Assembly: GCA_020628865.1 (NCBI GenBank)
Contig: JAHDEJ010000009.1
Span: 80,039 to 144,038, forward strand
Source of the DNA: Acidimicrobiales bacterium
GTDB taxonomy: Bacteria > Actinomycetota > Acidimicrobiia > Acidimicrobiales > SHLQ01
Length of the DNA stretch: 64,000 nucleotides
Direction: 5' to 3'
Of this stretch, positions 62,193 to 64,000 are shown in pieces. Numbering within the stretch: position 1 is the stretch's first letter; each line of letters opens with the position of its first letter. The translations under genes were made by a program, and so were the position numbers. The notes beneath the pieces are model-generated. The model was not told where the DNA came from. It did not search any database and was given only the letters and a program-made list of their open reading frames with translations.

Positions 62193-63748
62193 CTGGTGAG
62201 CTCCCCCACGCATTCGCTGCCGGCGGGGGCGAGGACGAGCTCGTCGGCGAGCAGGTAGCCGTCGGCGCCTTCCTTCACGAGGCTGGGCACGAGGAAGCGG
62301 GCGGTTGGCGACGCCGCTGGCATCGTGACGACAACATGGCCCGACCGCCCCGGTTCGAGGGCGAGCTCCACTTCGTCGGCACCGATGGAGGCGTCGGATT
62401 CGCTGGCGACGAGATCGAAGTTCTCGTCGAGCGTGAAGAGGCGGATGAGGGCGGCCTGCGCGTCTGCGGTCGGTGCGACGTAGGCACGGAACACGTAGCC
62501 GGAGCCGGGGACGATCGGGATGGTTTCGCCGAAGAGGCCGAAGTCGCCGGTGGCCCCGACCCGGACCGCTGCGGTCTGGTCGACTCCGCCGGTGGGTGAG
62601 ATGTCGTTGTTGGCGGCGGCTGCGTCGAAGAAGCCGGTCGGCACGTTGCCCGACTCGAAGTCCGGCTCTGTCAGCAGGTTGCAGGCGATCCCGGCGGCGG
62701 TTCCCGCAGACCAGGCCGCCACATCAGTACCAGGGGAATCGCCGCGGGTGAGCAGGCCGGCCGCAATGAGTGCGACGAGCACGACGCCGCCGATCAACGG
62801 CGTGGTCCAACGAGAACGCCTTGCAATCGGGGCGACCGTCTGCGGGGCCGGCGCGTCGATGGAGCGGACCATCTCATCGAGGCTGGTGAATCGATCGGAC
62901 GGGTGTTTTGCGACCGCCCGGAGGATGGCGGTGTCGAACGCGGTTCCGAGCCAGGGGTTCGTTTCGCTGGCCGGGGTGGCGGCCGTGTGGAGATGGTGGT
63001 GCATGGTCGACGCGACCGTCTCGCCGTCGTCCGGGTAGGGCCACCGTCCGGTCACCATTTCGGAGAGGAGAACTCCCGCAGCGTACTGATCGGACGCAGG
63101 GGTGGGTTCTCCGCCGCTGAGCACCTCGGGCGCCAGGTATCGGGGTGTTCCGGCGGTGACGCCATCGGCGGTGAGGGTGGCGGAGTCTGCGCTCCGGCTG
63201 ATCCCGAAGTCGATGACGGAAACGCGGTCGTCCGGTCGAACGATGATGTTGTCCGGGCTGAGATCTCGGTGAACGATGCCCGCATCGTGGACGTGGTCGA
63301 GCACGCCGGCGAGGGCCGAGAGGATCGTCCGAGCCCGCCCCGGCGAGAGCGGACCGCCGCGGAGTTCATCGACGAGGGGCGAACCGTCGACCCATTCGGA
63401 CACCAGCGCCGCCCGGCCCCCGGCTTCGAGCACATCGATGAGAGCGGGCACACCGTCGTGATCCAGGGTGGCGAGCGCGTCGGCCTCGCGGCGAATCCGC
63501 CCGACATCGACGCCGACGTCCAGAAGCTTGACCGCCACCGGAGTGCCATCGGCTTGGCGCCCCCGGTGGACCACGGCGCTTCCGCCCCGTCCGACCGTGC
63601 CCTCGAGCGTGATGCCGACTGCGGCCGCTGCATCGACGAGGCCGTCGGGCGGCGGAGTGGCGGCGGGCGTGGGCACCCGGAAACGGTACCGCCACCCGGG
63701 CCCTTCGGGCGTCAGCCGAGCAGCGCCTCCACCACCTCGGGCCGCCAC
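62189..63748 (-). CDS. transmembrane Ser/Thr protein kinase with extracellular carbohydrate-binding-module-like domain
   Basis: Kinase motifs VAVKLL, HRDLSPDNIIV, DFGISR and GTPRYLAPE are present, then a TM helix (LIGGVVLVALIAAGLL). The ectodomain carries PDFESGNVP..GYVFRAYV, resembling CBM4/9-type jelly rolls. The start is uncertain (ATG 63748 or GTG 63676). Confidence 0.8.
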   Translation of the reverse strand: MAARGGGGAARLTPEGPGWRYRFRVPTPAATPPPDGLVDAAAAVGITLEGTVGRGGSAVVHRGRQADGTPVAVKLLDVGVDVGRIRREADALATLDHDGVPALIDVLEAGGRAALVSEWVDGSPLVDELRGGPLSPGRARTILSALAGVLDHVHDAGIVHRDLSPDNIIVRPDDRVSVIDFGISRSADSATLTADGVTAGTPRYLAPEVLSGGEPTPASDQYAAGVLLSEMVTGRWPYPDDGETVASTMHHHLHTAATPASETNPWLGTAFDTAILRAVAKHPSDRFTSLDEMVRSIDAPAPQTVAPIARRSRWTTPLIGGVVLVALIAAGLLTRGDSPGTDVAAWSAGTAAGIACNLLTEPDFESGNVPTGFFDAAAANNDISPTGGVDQTAAVRVGATGDFGLFGETIPIVPGSGYVFRAYVAPTADAQAALIRLFTLDENFDLVASESDASIGADEVELALEPGRSGHVVVTMPAASPTARFLVPSLVKEGADGYLLADELVLAPAGSECVGELTR

Positions 63749-64000
63749 TGGCCGTTCGCCGCATCCCAGGCACCGAACTCACCGCTGAGCTCGAAGTAGG
63801 CCCAGCCGGCGCCGTTGCGTTCGGCGCTCTCACGAACGGCGGCGGCCCATGCCCGGCGTGACTCGGGATCGGTCGGATCATCGACCGGGCTCAGGACGCC
63901 GAACTCGCCGACGTACAGGCGGACACCGTGCTCGCTCGCCCAGTCGGCCGCAGTGGTGATGAGGTCGTCGATGGCGTCGGCATTCGACACGATGAGTTCG
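63712..64000 (-). CDS. glycoside hydrolase family 5-like protein, C-terminal part (gene continues past window end)
   Basis: GVRLYVGEFGV (nucleophile Glu context) and GAGWAYFEL are typical of the GH5 C-terminal region. Confidence 0.55.
   Translation of the reverse strand, partial: ELIVSNADAIDDLITTAADWASEHGVRLYVGEFGVLSPVDDPTDPESRRAWAAAVRESAERNGAGWAYFELSGEFGAWDAANGQWRPEVVEALLG

Overview
Visibly GC-rich, gene-dense chromosomal segment with actinobacterial gene content and synteny. I see no rRNA, CRISPR array, transposase or integrase. The minus strand carries the conserved origin-proximal block recF - DUF721/DciA - gyrB - gyrA - DUF3566 - tRNA-Ile, but three accessory insertions split it: 36.9-38.9 kb, 25.2-34.7 kb and 17.9-22.6 kb. 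dnaN is not upstream of recF and tRNA-Ala is absent.

Other content:
- an ATP-grasp/alpha-E/transglutaminase triad
- a SigK/RskA-like ECF sigma and anti-sigma pair
- a FliA/WhiG-type sigma factor
- tRNA-Ser(GCT)
- a TetR-controlled two-component flavin monooxygenase
- SulP, PlsC-like and HisN-like genes
- two ABC exporters
- a Mug glycosylase

Most interesting loci, in order of interest:
1. 58.4-61.5 kb: a two-gene Septu-like candidate defence module. An ABC-type ATPase carries an N-terminal HNH domain and is start/stop-coupled to a free paralogous HNH protein.
2. 26.4-30.7 kb: an operon of two enzymes, one TPP-dependent and one glutamate-synthase-like FMN, each fused to its own canonical Rieske [2Fe-2S] domain, followed by a tandem DUF427 protein.
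3. 53.6-58.2 kb: a large LuxR-type regulator beside a heme-oxygenase-like putative di-iron protein and a GNAT N-acyl-synthase-like protein.
4. 44.8-53.6 kb: a DevR/DosR-like dormancy island with five universal-stress-protein genes, an atypical REC-fused DosS/T-type kinase core and four GGGAC-N4-GTCCC boxes at fixed spacing.

The non-coding sequence is also unusual. It contains a 53-bp x3.3 tandem repeat right after the sigma-factor stop codon, a 34-bp palindromic REP-like unit arrayed at two loci, and a highly structured 350-bp region downstream of tRNA-Ile.

All family assignments rest on motif reading by eye. No searches were run.
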